Shown: positions 23,700-38,300, counted from the stretch's first letter. The stretch: DNA of 64,000 nt from Haplodiscus bocki (GCA_965655095.1 OZ296651.1:27280001-27344000), one strand, 5' to 3'. The notes: generated by a model not told the origin, from the sequence alone. Translations and numbers: made by a program.

Positions 23700-25873
23700 T
23701 TGGCGGCTGTCAAGTTCAGCGTCATGTAAGTCAGGGACCATTTATGATGTGGTGTTTTGGTAAATTTACAAAATCTATGAGCTAATGATCTCAGTATGGT
23801 TAAATTTTCATGAAGTCTATACTTCATTGATATAGACCTAAAAATTTTCAGAAGAAACTTGAAAACATTTTGTATAAACAGAAAAGTGGAAAAATATATT
23901 ACACACGGAGTGAGAATATAACATGGAAAGCTAAAAAGTGCAATGAATGCATCAGCAAGCCAGTCAGTAGTAAACAGAGGTGTAATGTCAAAAGGCGATC
24001 ATGTAGACCGACCCTTAGAACATTGTAAGGATTGAACTGGTTTCTATCAGGAGGTAAAAAGAAATCAGTTGGATATTGTTCAGAGGTAGCTAAAATTTCA
24101 TAGGATATGGCTTTCCTAAAAGCTTCAAAGTAGCAACAGAGTGTTTGTTGAATAAAGCACGATTCCAGAATTTTGTTAAATGAGCTCGTAATACTGGTCT
24201 AGGTGTCAGTACAAAGTAATCATCAATATCAAAATCTAATGCTCTGACATTCTGTGGATTTTTATCACAGGATATAGGGGCAGCAAAATTAGAAGTTTCA
24301 TTTGTTTTTGGATCAATGTAGTTTACACTTTCTAGATAGTACATTGGTATACAATCAAAACCTTTATCAGCTTCATACAGAGCTGGAAAAGATTGAAGAC
24401 AGTTATATACCCAAACAGTAGAGCCTTGTATATAGAGAAAATTACTATGGTTTCCAGATTAAGTTTAATTAGCAAGTTGAAGATTTTGAACTGACATTGC
24501 TAAAAAATGTAGCAGTTGCGCTCGTTTTAGTTCACAAATATAATGTATTGTCTTCAGTTCTTGTATACTCATTGAACTAAAAACATGATTGATAGAACAA
24601 TCTAATTTTGTAATATTATGAGCATCGTAGTCGACAGTACTGGAGCTATTTCAACCATTCAGTGGAGGAAAGTAAATTTCAGTTTTTAGAGAGTCAAAGA
24701 CCAACATGTGAAGACGTTGGCTGTTGACTAAATGATGAACCTTCCTGAACAACAATGGGGTTTTCGTTTCCAGTATTCATATTAAAACCTTCACGATAAG
24801 TGACAAACAAGTCAGAAGACTGAGTTGTATGCATGTGTGTTCGTCTTTTACAGAAAGTGTTTTTTGTGGGAAAAGTCCCCACCTGGATATAGTTGGAGTA
24901 ATAGTTCCCAGTGGTGAATTGGTACAAAGACATATAGTTGGCAGTATGCCTTTATTAAATTGTCTAACAATTTTTTCAGTAATAAGAAAGAATTCATCAG
25001 TTTCTGACCAAAATCCAGTATCCAGTTTAGACATCTGTCCAATAAAGTCAAAGATAAATAATATTCAACATAATTCTTCAGGAAATCATACAATAGTAAT
25101 TGGATATTTCTCTCTTGGTTCACAAAAACCATCAGAGTGCAGATAAGGAATGGTATGACCTTCAGGTGTTAGTTTATGTAAATTAATATCAAAGTCTGGA
25201 GAAGTTTCTTCAAATATTATTGACTAGCTATCTTTGTCAATAATATATTCTTGATCACCTTTACATCTTGACTTTAAATCTGCGTTATTGCTAATCCAGC
25301 CATAAATGTTTGGTTGGTAGTTGAAAACACCTGTATGTAAAGTGTTCAATTTGGTCACAGTGAATTGCGTTTCTTTTTTTCGATTTGAACTTGAACACTC
25401 AGTCTATCAAAGTAAATGAAATGGCCATCGTAAGAAAATTGGCTTAATTCAACGCTATCCCTACCATTAACGTTTCAGATAGCTTTTCCAATTCATTAGG
25501 GTCCAGTTCTTTCCGTAGACGCATAGATTTGATATGATATTCCATAGGCTCATGTCCATAATACTTGTCATGTGAACCTCGTCTTTTGAATATTTCCAAA
25601 ACAGTGAAATTCTTTTCGATTTTGCACGAAAAAGAACAGAAGCAAAAGTTCAATTTCACTGGGAGCTTGAGTACATTTCCGTACCCATGTTAAGCTATTT
25701 TGTCTCAGATTGTTTTGCATGCAACAATCATAAAGGACGGCTAGGAGTTGTGGAACCCGAGGATCATCACGTTGAAACAAACTTTCAGAAGTAATTGCAT
25801 CAGCAGTCTGCAGTGATGAGAAATTAAATGTTACAGAGAAGAAAATCAAAGACTTCATGAGGATTACAATCAT
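23700..25873 (-). pseudogene. env: Envelope glycoprotein, chuvirus/Monjiviricetes G-like
   Basis: Signal-like MIVILMKSLIFFSVT; LYDCCMQNNLRQNSLTWVRKC; HSDGFCEP..FPEELC; VDYDAHNITKLD..ICELKRAQLLHFLAM..GSTVWVYNC..FDCIPMYY..YIDPKT..PISC; hydrophobic TM-like AFIALFSFPCYILTPCVIYFSTFLFI near 23880-23950. Confidence 0.7.
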
Positions 25874-25959
25874 AAATTCGAGAAAGTGGTTTTGTAGTTA
25901 AGACCAAAAATAGGGCTGCAAAGTGTTGTATTTAATTTCATTTCTTGGTCAATAAGGTA

Positions 25960-27080
25960 TTCTCAATCACGATAAATGACAAACGAATGAGAATAGTGAG
26001 TTGTATAAATTTGTGTTGGTTTTTTTACGGAAAGTATTTTTTTGCGGGAAAATTTCCATTCTTCATAAACTTTGAGTAATAGTTCCCAGTGCTGAATCGG
26101 TATAAGGAGATACAGTTGGCAGTATGCCTTCATTAATTTTTTCCCAGTAGTTATAAAGAAATCATTAGTTTCTAACCAATAACGATTATTCTGTTCAGAC
26201 ATTCGTCCGATAAAGTCTGGGATACGAAACAGTCAACATGTTTCTCCAAGAAGCGAGAGAAAAGTAAATGAATGTTTCAGTGTTGGTTTACAAAAACCAT
26301 AGGAGTGCAGATATGGAAGGGTGTGATTTTCAAGTAATAGTTTACGTAATTTGTCAACAATTATTAATGACCAGCTTTCGTGGTCAATATGATATTCTCG
26401 ATCACCTTTACATCTTGTCTTTGAATTTATAGCACTAGTAATCCAGCCATTATTGTTTGGTTGGTAGGTGAATACACCAGTATATACCGTGTTCAGTTTG
26501 GTTGCAGTGAGTTGCGTTTGTTTTTTTTCGTTTTCAAAATGAAAACTCAGTCGATCAAAATAAGTGAAAGAGCCATTATAGGAAAATTGATTTTAATTAG
26601 CGCTATCCTTATCATTAAGGTTTCCGATAATATTTTCACATTCAATAGGGTCCCGTTTTTTTGTATGAGGCATAGAATTAGTATGCCAATCCATATGATC
26701 ATAACTATGTTTTTTTAATGTGCAACTTGAGCACAAAACAGACGAGTCTTTTGAATGGTTGGAGAGCGGCAAAAAACATTAATTCTTTTCGCATTAGCCG
26801 GAAAAAAAACCGAAGCAAAAGTTCTACTATATGCAATATCAGAGGGACCTTGAGTACTTTTCTGCGCCCGACTTAAGGTGAATTCTCTCATATTGTATTG
26901 TTTAGAACGACCTTAATGAGAAGCTAGCAGTTGAGTAATCTGAGGACCTTGCAGTTGATTTTCTTAAAGTTATTGCATCAGCAATCTGCAGTGATGAAAC
27001 AATAAATGTTACACGGAACAAAATAATAAGTTCCAGAAAGTGGTTTTGCATTTCAGACCAGAAATACGGTTGCAAAAGTT
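25960..27080 (-). pseudogene. env: Second, truncated copy of the env N-terminal half
   Basis: Homologous to 24790-25925 at an offset of ~1.15-1.18 kb (SSLQIADAIT; FCAQVAH; NNRYWLETNDFF vs DTGFWSETDEFF). Confidence 0.75.
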
Positions 27081-29399
27081 ACATTTGCCCATTGATGATC
27101 AAATGCAGGTTCGTCAACGCAGGTAAATTGTGGAATGCTTACATCATAGAGACGACGAAACGTTCGGTGTTTAGTTCGAGTTGAGAATATAAACTTACAC
27201 TTATTTTAAAGTTCAGTTCAGTTGATGTGTGGGTTAGTCTAGTCAGTTCTCTATTACGAGTAATAGCAAATTCTGCAGACTTTTGTTTTTTTTCCTTTTA
27301 CATGAAGGATGTGAGATCTCAGATCTTGTCTAGGACGATTAGCTATTTGTTTATCAAGTGTCAGTGGATAAATGTAGAGATCAAGTGTAGGAGGTCTAGA
27401 GTTTTCTTCTGGCGTATGATATGGAAGGTCAGTTGGAGTAATAGCACTCAAAGAAGAAACTGATTTTTGGTCTCGAAGGAGATAAGTAGATCTTGGATAT
27501 GATTGAGCAGTAAATGAAGTTTCAACACCAGAAGAGTGTCTCACTGAAAATGGAACATCAAAAAGATAGATGGAAGATTTTTGAGAAGAAGATGAATGAG
27601 GTTGTGCGTGTTGACGCAATAGTTCAGAGATCGAACTTGATGCTGATCTTGTACTTGAGGAAAATGATGCTTGTTGCGGCCTTAGATGATGCTTGGATCT
27701 TAAATTTTATTGATGAGTTACAGGTTGAGAAGACGAGGTTGATGCAATCCTTGATGAATTTTTAGATTCACAACTCAGAATGTCGTCAACAGAAGTGGTA
27801 GGGTAGAAACTTGATAATAGTTTTGGATATAACCAAGAAAATGTTTCACAACTACTATCAGAAGCACTTTTAGATCAGGTACTTTGCAGAAGTAGATGGT
27901 TCATCAAATTTGTTTTGCAGAGCAGAGGCGGTTTGTTTATCCTAGAATATGGCGTCAATTGGTTTTCGATGTTTGGGAGATCTTCGTTTACTAGCTGTTG
28001 CGGAGCAAATAGCAGATAAACATACCGCTAATTAAGATCGGTTAGTCTAGCGGTAGGGCTTGTGGTCCGGGAGTTGACAGTGGGGGTTCGTTCCCCAGGG
28101 GTGGCTAAATAAACTTTTTAATTGAATAAATTACCGGATAATCACGTTAATAATGCGACAAGATACGTAGAAAAAGCAGTAGAGGTGTTTACAGTTGTTT
28201 ACAAACAAGGTTTGTACATTTTGCAGTTATTTAAACGTTTATACAATGATGTTTTATTCGTGAGAAAGCTTGTTTGACCGTAATACTGTAAAATTCTCTC
28301 AAAAACTATCTTTGTTTTGGTATCAATGATTTACACTAGCGATAGTTTTAGTTGGAGGCGGAGGTGGCAATGGAGAAAGAGCATCCATATCAGAGGAATC
28401 CGGGATATGAATGGGCGTAGGGGTATTAGCTGGGGTGATAGCCGGAGCTAACGGTATCGGTGATAGCTGAGGTCTTTGAGCAGCTACTGTAGGAGTAATT
28501 GAGTTTTCAGAGGAGTAATTTGATTTTTCAGGATTGCTTGAAGCCTGTACAGTAGATGCAGTATCTATGAACTTTGAGTTTTTTCCCGAGACTGGTGGAG
28601 CAGAGGGTAATTTATTATAATCAGATGAATCTGGCGAAGGATCCAGGATTACGTCAACATCAGCAAAGAAATTTTTAGTTACAGAGTTTTTTGCTCCTAC
28701 GCAATATACAGTTTCTTCAAAAGTATTTGAATCAGAGGTATCAATTGTGGAATACTTGTAGAGTCAATTGTGGAATCAAATTGTGTTCAGTTTTTTATAC
28801 CACAGTGGTGAGGTTTCGAATTTATTAGGCTCAGTTTTTAGAGGAATTTTTCCAGAGTGTTGAAATTCTCTCCAGAAAAATAGCAGAGACTTAACAGCAA
28901 AATGCAAAAGTGATATTCTATGATGGACAAGAAAAAAATTACTATGGATGTTTCCATAAAGTTTCGTTGAGCAACTCGATTCAACTTGATTCAATCTCGA
29001 TGAGCAACTCTATGCATCTCAACTTTCTGAAAAATATTTTTTTTCCGGAGAGGAAAGTGATGAAATGAAAAGAGAATAAATTTTTCTCGATAGTGTTTGC
29101 AGACATATTTGGTTCGAGTGTTTCTGTTGGAGGTTTGTGATTGGTTGAAAAACGGAAACGAATTTGGTTGGTTAGCAAGTGACGTAGCAATGTCCTTAAC
29201 AGTGTCAGTGTCAGGTAACTCAAATAACTCAGTAAACTTGTTGAATGATTGAAATTTTGACGATCGCGGTTTATAATGTAGACTTTCGCAGTCAGATTTT
29301 GGTCGTGAGATATGATAAAAAACTTCATCTTGTTTTGCAGATTTGTATATTACTTTATCAAACATAATTCATTGAACATCATCAATAATACACAATGGG

Positions 29400-32300
29400 T
29401 TATCATGAAAAACATCATCATCAAAATTAGAGTTGTCTTATGAAGTATAAAGACCACCTTCAAATATGTCTGATGTATCTGAATCATGCATTCTTTGAGA
29501 AATTTGTTCATTTTATGGTTAAAGATGAGGAAAGAGAAAAGGTTCTTTAGGATAATATGGAATCAAGTGTTTTTGATGTGTGTGGAAAGTCTTTTAATCT
29601 CGTGTCAGAAGTTCATACGTGACTTCCGTAGGTTTGCTAACATTTTCGAAAGGATCATTACGAAGTGGTTCTAATTTATCCAAAAATGTAAAAGGTGTAA
29701 AATATCGATGTAAAAACAGATAAATTCAGCCGTATTGGTTTGTCCAAATTGTGTGATTTTTGCATTGTAAATGCCACATAGTTTTTTTTCAATACGTTTT
29801 GATATAGATTTGAGTAAAATTGAAGCATTGCTGCTTCAATAGCGAGAAACCAATTAGAAATTGGTATCAATAAGATGGTTTTAGACAATGGATAAAAATC
29901 CATTAATTGATAATGAAACTGAGGCGGAACTTCTGAGCAAAAATGTGCAGTACAATCACGAAATGAAATTTGAGATCAGTGGAATATGCGGTTGCGTATG
30001 AAAAACTGTTTCATATGGCTAAAAATGCAGATGTCTTAAAATTTGAGTAAAATGAGCAGAAGCAAAGAAATGTACTTGGTTGGATCAGTTTTTAGAGGTA
30101 TCAAGTAGAAACAATCTTAGAAAGTTCCCAAGATTTTTCTTCTTGACTTCAACAAGTCCGTTTGTCCAGGGAGCAAGTGAAGTTTATGGCAAATGAATAA
30201 TATTAAACATAGTACAGCATTTTGCCATTTCAGAATTAAAATAATCAGTTCCTCTGTCTGTAATCAGATTTTGGGGTGGACCAAAATTTGAAATCCAGTA
30301 ATGAAATTTTGCAACTACAGCACAAAGAGTATTGTTTTGTATTTAGTACAGTTACAATGTAGTTGCTAAAATGATAAACAATTACATAAATATGATGAAT
30401 TCCGTCAGAAGCAGGGTTTATGGGACCTTTAGTATCCATAGAATAACTATGGTGAAAAAAGTTGGACAGTTTTCTGAATGGTGAGATTGCAGCTTCGTTT
30501 TGTTTCTTATTTCTGTACTTGTGCATATGGCATCAATACAATCATGATTGAAAATTGATAGTCGTTTTTGCAGAAAAAGAAGTTATTAGTACTGATGAAA
30601 ATTATTTTGTGCAATATGCACACCAGCATAAAACTTTTCATGAGCTTTTTGGAATGTAGAATAAAACAAATTTAATGGTAAGCAAAAGCGAGAGCTTTGA
30701 GGAGAAATGTTATCATCAGCGTACTGTGAAATTTTATCATTTTCTCCAGAGGTTTTGTGTCAATAGTTATTAGTTTGGTATCTTCATCAGAATACAGATT
30801 CGAAAAAGTAATTGGTAATATTCCATCAAAAGCGGACTAGCAGTTATAAACAGGTGATTTTGCAACAAGAAGTGAACATTCAGTAATCCTTTTTTTTACA
30901 CTTTTCACAACGGGATCATTCTTTGACATTTCAGTGTTGTTTCAAAATCCAATGGAATTTCAGGAGGTAACAAGAATTCATTAAAGTTCAGAGGCGTATT
31001 CGAAAAATCATGGATCAAAGAAATAATTATTCAATGATTGTTTTATTACAGATGGGTATGTTTCTTGGATAGTTTTGCAGTTGTAATTTTCCATTTTCAG
31101 AGTCATTTAACTTTTCAGATGTAGATGGATTAACAATCAGCGATAAATCAGGGGAAGAAAGAATCATCATTCCGTTGTATACCTATTTCAATAGGATCAT
31201 CGTAATCAGTGATGTCGGTATCATTCAAAATTGCAGATTGTTTCAAAAATGTTCTGGTATTTCTCTTGATTTGATTTTTATCCTGACTTCAAAATCGTTT
31301 GACAGCTTCAGTGGAAAAGGAAATCAGTGGTTTAATTTTGATTTTCCCTTCTTTGTCATTGATACGATTGGAGGATTGATCGTTTACGAAAGCAGCTCAA
31401 ATAGGATGACGATGGTTTTTCTGTGAAGGAAGTACAGTTTCATGTTTGACCAGATAGTGTACATGGTTAATTTGCTCATCATGTGCCAGTGTGCGAGTGT
31501 TGCAAAATGAATCTGCGGAGGTAATTGTTCGTGTTTTAGTTGATTCGCTTGCAGTTGTTTTTGAATGTAAGAGCTACTTGACATATCAGCTGCAGAATGA
31601 TTTTTTCCATTCATGAAAGTCAAACGAAGTTTTTGAAATTTAGTTAATTGCATAAGTGCAGTGTAGAATTCTATAGAAAGGTTTCGTTTTTAGTGAAACA
31701 GCTAAAGATTGGTTTACGATCATTCAAACCTTGAAAAAATGATTAGAGCCAATAAGAAATCATTCCCATTCAGTTAGTGAAAATACAATTCCGTTTAATT
31801 CACGATATGCAGTAGAGAGTTTTGGTTCATTATCAATAGAAACGCTAGAATTATAAGAAATAAAATCCATTTTGCCATTATCATTCATTTGGTATAGGAC
31901 ACAGCCTATACCAATTGAAGAGGAAACTAAAGTGATAAAAAATGAATGGTTTGTATTGGGTAGTGTCAGTGAAACATCATTCGTAAAAAATTTTAGAACA
32001 AAATTTCGTCAACCAATGATCCTCATCAATTCAATTTCTGTAATTGGAGAAGGAATTTTATGAAGAGCAGCAATTTTGGATTGACTTTGTTTAATTCTAA
32101 TAAAACCAAATTTAAGACCAAGATTTTTACAGCACGAAACATGAAGGAAGATTTTTCAGTAGCTAATTTCTGATTTTTTAGCAATATTATGATTTATTTT
32201 GATAATTTGCAACATATGTGGTTTAGACTTTGAATTGAGCAAAATGACATCAATAAAAACCAGTGCATGTCCTTGACGAATCAAGTCCTTCAAAAACAGA

Positions 32301-33860
32301 GACATTTGTTTGTGTGAAAAAGTTTGGAAGACTTTGAAGGCCCTGAAATATTCTAATGAAAGCAATGATTTTCTCACCAGAGGAAAATCCAGTTAGTTTG
32401 ATATTTTCATCATCTAAGGTAGCACATGCACATGCAAACGTAAGATTAATTGTAGAGTTATGTTTCTTATTTGCTCTAGCAGTCTGTGTTGTTAAAGGAT
32501 CCAGTGGCCAAGATTCGGATGAATGATCAGTTTTTGATTTGAAATGTCGGGCACCCAACACATTTTTTTCAGTATCATTCTTTTCGATCAAAATCAAAGC
32601 ATTCAAAAAATTTGTTCCATAATTTGGTTTTTCATGAGGCGTGGACCCAAATTGTTTTTTCATTCCAGTTTTTCGTAAAGCATCCAATAAAATTTTAAAT
32701 TTATCGCTATAAGGAATAGCAACTTTAGTAGGACTCTGTGTTTGCAGTTAAGCATTAAATTAAAATCTAATGCGATATGGAGTAGAAATTTCCCCGACCT
32801 CCTTACGATGTGTAGCATGACAGTGTTTATTTTCAACATGAACTTTGCAGAGTTGAAGGAAATCAGAATCATTGAGATCGAGTTTCGAAAATGAAAGTTC
32901 TTCGGGAACTGTAATTTTTGCTCAGAACATGGTGAAAGTGGATATACTCATGGAGCTAATTTTCGAGACGGTTGTACTTTACGGAATAGTTTTATGGGTT
33001 AGATCTTCATACAGATCATTATGATCAACTTCGAAAATTTGTTTTTTGTTGTTTAATCTCCTGAAAATGAACATTAATTGGTTCAGTTGTTTCAGGATAG
33101 TAGGTATTTACTACCGAATGAATGAGTGTTTTTAAAAGATTAGTTTAATGATGAGATGGTTTGACGGTGGTAATAGGGATTTCAATATATCCTTTTAATC
33201 CAGTTGGAAATGTAGCCGTGTGCTTAGTATTATTTTTGATTATTACTAGGTACGAATGTTCAGATTTCAATAAAATATGCCTGAACGAAAAGTATCGTTC
33301 CAGTTTTGATAGGGAATGAGTTCGAAACACTTGGGCAAATATTGGTTCATGATTTTCAGTTTTAGTCAAAAAAGTTTGTGAAGTTTTCAGTGCAAAGTGT
33401 AATGTTTGTACAGTGTTGGGTTTGAGTGATCATGGCTTTTTGAATTTGCCTGATAAGGAAACGAAAAGAAAGGTATATTCTTTTCAGTTAGTGTAGTAAA
33501 AGAAACAAACGTGCGGTCACCATTGAAGGAAAGTTTTAAGTTCATGGTAAACTTTTGGGTATTGATAAGTTTCATGTTTTTCTCAAAGAATGGCGCTTCG
33601 ACGATTTTTTATTCAATATCAGCTACTGCGGAAGGGATCATGAAAAATCTTGATTTTGTTTCAATTGATAGGAGACAAAATACGGAGATAAATTGTTTAA
33701 TTGGAACTTCAGAAAAGATTGAAAAAGTCAGCATTTTTGATAGATTATGTTGATCTTGATTTCAAACTTTGAACTTTCGGGTGATCATCATATACGTTGG
33801 TATATTAAGTACCAAATTAGATGAACCGCTATCCAAGGTGAAGCGATTTCTATTCTTGAA
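29400..33860 (-). pseudogene. pol: pol: aspartic protease, reverse transcriptase, RNase H, integrase
   Basis: LDSGSS (~33830); LGARHFKS, FQGLQSLPNFF, LVFIDVILL (RT); SSSIGIGCVLYQ, YRELNGIV (RNase H); MDTKGPINPASDG..IYVIV, PWTNGLVE, DPF..TYEL..YYPKEP (integrase). Confidence 0.92.
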
Positions 33861-34399
33861 GTTGACTTTGAATCAGTTTCGTTCTGAGAATGAATATACG
33901 GAAAATAACATTAGCTTGTTGGAGTTATAGCATTTGTCATTTCAGTGGTATACGTCCCAACTTCAAATCTGTCTGTTAACCTTGAAAAGTTTTCAGTGTA
34001 GTGGTGATGATTTTCAGCAAAGTTTGGTTGTACATTAACTACAAGTCTTTTAGATGAAGACGCAAATCGAGAAGGTGGTCTTGAGAGAGGTCAATATGAT
34101 GAATTAAATATTCTAAAGTACTGCCGATTTCCAGAGTTGGATCTGGAAACAGAACAATTGCGAATGTTTTTGAAAGAAGAAATGTAAAGGGACCTAGAAT
34201 TTCTTCGTTGGTTATTAAATTCAGTAAATCTTGAATGTGATCGAATTCGATTGGAATTGAATGCTGTATCACGAATACGATATCAAAAACGAGAGTTTTT
34301 GCGTCGATCACGTGAGATTGAAAGTGATCTAAAACCAGAAAATCGATATGGAGAATATCGATTTCTTCAGTTCGAACGATTTCTCGAATCTTAAATATT

Positions 34400-35300
34400 G
34401 CGAGAACACTAGTTTACAGGGTATGATGAAGGTTGTCCATTTGGATGATTTTGTTTCTGATATGCTTAAAGAATTGATTGATGGGTTTCACAGGTGATTT
34501 CCATCGAGAATAAGAATTCCGTCTTCTTTCTTCATTTTCTCGTTGCTTGCGAAAACAATTTGAACGAGAGTGATTGGATTTGTGACAATATTTACAGTTT
34601 CTCCCAAAAAGGGGTTTTATTCTTTTTATTCGGTACAGTTGTTTTTTTTTAACATGATCACGGGATTCGGATCACAACTTTCAGCAGATAGATTTTGAGA
34701 ATCCAATTTTGTTGTTACAGTATTAGTTTCCAGTGGTGGATCAAGAGTACGAACTTCTTCATTTGTAAAATATTCAGAATCAACAAGCTTAACCAAGATA
34801 TGAAATGGAATGGAAGATTCAATAACAGTAGATGTGTGACTGATTTGCCGTTTTTGAGCTAAGTCTGTCAGTTTTTTTGCTAATCCTCTACTGAAAAGTT
34901 TGTTACACTTGAAGGTAATAGTTGAAGCAGATTCATTACACCAGCTTTTTCAACTAATGGTTGACTTTTTAGAAATAATGACGTATGTTTTCAGTTTCCT
35001 TTTTTGTTAAGTCCTGAGCTTCAACTTGTGCATAATATACAGTTTTCTGTGAAAAAAAATGTTTTTGAATGCAGATACAAAAGCAGACCAGTCTGTTTTG
35101 TAATTTCCATGGATTTGCGAAAACCAGCTTAACACGCTTCCAGATATAGAAAGCTGTAAATGTGCCACTTTATGTTTGTGCCATTGATTATAAGATACAA
35201 GATTGAGAGGTTGTTGTCCCGTAATAAAAATCATATTGGCATCTATCTGATGTATTTTGTTCGTCAGGAGTATTTCGATGGTCAGGTCAATCAAAGGTTT
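34400..35300 (-). pseudogene. gag: gag (module 3)
   Basis: HQIDANMIF..QPLN..LSISGSVLSWF..DWSAFVSAFK capsid-like segment and CKYCHKSNHSRSNC zinc knuckle near 34557-34598. Confidence 0.8.
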
Positions 35301-38300
35301 TCACTGATTTGTTCTGGGATTTGCAGAAGAGCTTGTTGTGTATTATCAGGTGGGTTTGTGTTTGGGTCCACAGACGTCTCACTTTAGAGAGACTCAGTTT
35401 TATTCTCAATGGGGTTGTTAATATCATCCTTTTTATTTTCAGATAATTTATTTGAGTGTGAATTGGTGTTTTGTTTGTTTGACATGATATCATAAACTTT
35501 GCAAAGTAACTAGAAACATTTGAATCCAGAAGATTTCAATGAACAAGAATAAACTGTTGAAAAACTTTTTGCAGAAGATTGCATAAATGAAGTTTTGGAT
35601 TGTTGTTTATGTTTGTACACTTCAAGCAGCCAAGAATGAAAACGAAAAATCTGATGAGAGTCTAAAACATTAACTGTTTTAGAAGTTGCGTTCAAACAAA
35701 AGGTTGTTGGCAATAACAAAAAGTTATGTGAAACTGCGTTCAACCAAAAGAATGCTAGCAGAATTCAAATGAAGATTTCCATGTGAGAGTTTTTTTGTTT
35801 CAGGTAAAGATAATGACAGGGGATTAGGGATTTCAACTTATCCTATTGTTCCAGTGGGAAATGTAGCCGTGTGCTTAGTATTCTTTTTAAATATTACTAA
35901 GTACGAATGTTCAGATTTCAATAAAATGTCCCTGAAAGAAAAGTATCGTTCCAGTTTTGATAGGAAATGAGTTCTTGACATTTGAGCAGAAATTGGTTCA
36001 AGATTTTCAGTTTCAGGCAAAAAAAGTTTCTGAACCTTTCAGTCCAAAGTGTATTGTTGGTAGAGCGTTGGGCTTGAGTGATCATGGCTTTCTGAGATTG
36101 TTTGGTAAAGAAACGAAAAGAAAGGGAAATTCTTTCCAATTAGTGTGGTAAAAGAAACAGTTTTGGGGTGATCATTAAAGGAAAGTTCTAAGTTCAAGGT
36201 AAAACCTTGGATACTGATATTTTGGATGTATTTCTCAATGAATTTCGTTTTGAGGATTTTTTTTACCAGCTACTGCGAAAGGGATCATGAAAAATCTTGC
36301 TTTTGTTTCTATTGATGAGAAACAAGTTACAGAGATATATTGTTTAATTGGAACTTCAGATTGGATTGCAATAGTCAGCATTTTTGATATATTATGTTGA
36401 TCATGATTACAAACATTGAACATTTGGGGGATCATCATTTGGGTTGGTATATTCAGTACCGAAATCGATGCATCGCTATCCAATGCAAAAGCGATTTCCA
36501 GTCTTGAAGGTAAATGTGAATTAATTTTGTTCTGAGAATGAACATACAGATTGAAAATTCAGCTTGTTTGAGTTATAGTTTGTGTCATTTCAGCGGTATC
36601 CATGCTAACTTCAACTTTGTCTGCCGACTTTGAGAATCTCTCAGTGTAATGGGCATGATTTTCAGAAGAGTTGGGGGTATAATTTTTACAAATCTTCTGG
36701 ATGCCCACGCAAATCGAGAATGTGGTCTTGACCGAGGTCAAAATGAAGAATTATAATTTCTGAAGTACTCTCGGTTTCCAGAGTTGGATCAAGAAAACGA
36801 ACGATAGCGATTATTTTTGGAAAAAAGAAATGTAAAGAGATCTAGAGTTTCTTCGTTGGTTATAAAATTCAGTGTAACTTGAAGGTGATGGAATTCGTTT
36901 GGAATTGAATGCTCTATAACGATAACAATATCGAAAACGAGAAATTTTGCGTCGATCGCATGAGATTGAAAGTGATCTAAAGCAGGAGGATCGATATAGA
37001 GAATATCGATTTCTTGAATTCGAACGATTTCTCGAATCAAAACCATTGCGCGAAAGCTAGTGTATAGGATATGATGAAGGTTGTCCATTTTGATGAATTT
37101 GATTCAGGTTTGCTTTAAAGAATTGATTAATGGATTTCACAGGTGATTTCCATCGAGGATAATAATTCCGTTTTCTTTCTTCATTTTGGCGTTGTTTGCG
37201 AAAACATTTTGAAACAGAGTCATTGGATATCTGACAATATTTACAGATTCTCCGAAACTGAGGTTTACTCTTTTTTTTCCGGAAAAGTTGTTCGCGTAAA
37301 CGTGACTTCAGGATTTGGATCAGAGGTTTGAGCGGATAATTTCCGAGATTCCAGTTAGGACGTTACCTAGTTTATTTCCCGTGGTGGATCAAGAGTACGA
37401 CTTTTTTCAATCGTAATAACTTCAGAATCAACAAGCTCAACCAAGGTATGAAAAGAAACGGAAGGTTCCATAACAGTAATTTTATGATTTAGTTGCGGTT
37501 TCTGAGCAAAGTCCTCAGTTTTTTTGGTAAACCTCTAGTGAAAAAATCCTTACACTTGAGGTTAATAGTTGCAGCAGATTCATTAAACTCGCCTTTTTAA
37601 ATAATTGTTGACTTTTTAGAGCATAATAGGGTACACTTTCAGTTTACTTTTTTGTTAAGTCCTGAGCTTCAACTTGTGCATAATATACAGTTTTCTGTGA
37701 AAAAAAATGTTTTTAAATGCAGATACAAAAGCAGACCAGTCTGTTTTGTAATATCCTTGGAGTTGCGAAAACCAGCTTAACACGCTTCCAGATATTGAAA
37801 GCTGTAAATGTGACACTTTATGTTTGTGCCATTGATTATAAGATACAAGATTGAGAGGTTGTTGTCCCGTAATAAAAATCATATTGGCATCTATCTGATG
37901 TATTTTGTTCGTCAGGAGTATTTCGATGGTCAAGTCAATCGAAGGTTTTCACTGATTTGTTCTGGGATTTGCAGAGGAGCTTGTTGTGTATTATCAGTTG
38001 GGTTTGTGTTTGGGTCCACAGACGTCTCACTTTAGAGAGACTCAGTTTTATTCTCAGTGGGGTTGTTAATATCATCATTTTTATTTTCAGATAATTTATT
38101 TGAGTGTGAATTGGTGTTTTGTTTGTTTGACATGATATCATAAACTTTGCAAAGTAACTAGAAACATTTGAATCCAGAAGATTTCAATAAACAACAATAA
38201 ACTGTTGAAAAACTTTTTGCAGAAAATTGAATAAATGAAGTTTTGGATTGTTGTTTATGTTTGTACAGTTCAAGCAGCCAAGAATGAAAACGAAAAATCT

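Noticed and set aside
29400-33860. BEL/Pao assignment because of the chuvirus-like env
   Set aside because: RT, RNase H and integrase motifs and the single CCHC knuckle look gypsy-type; a phylogeny is still needed.
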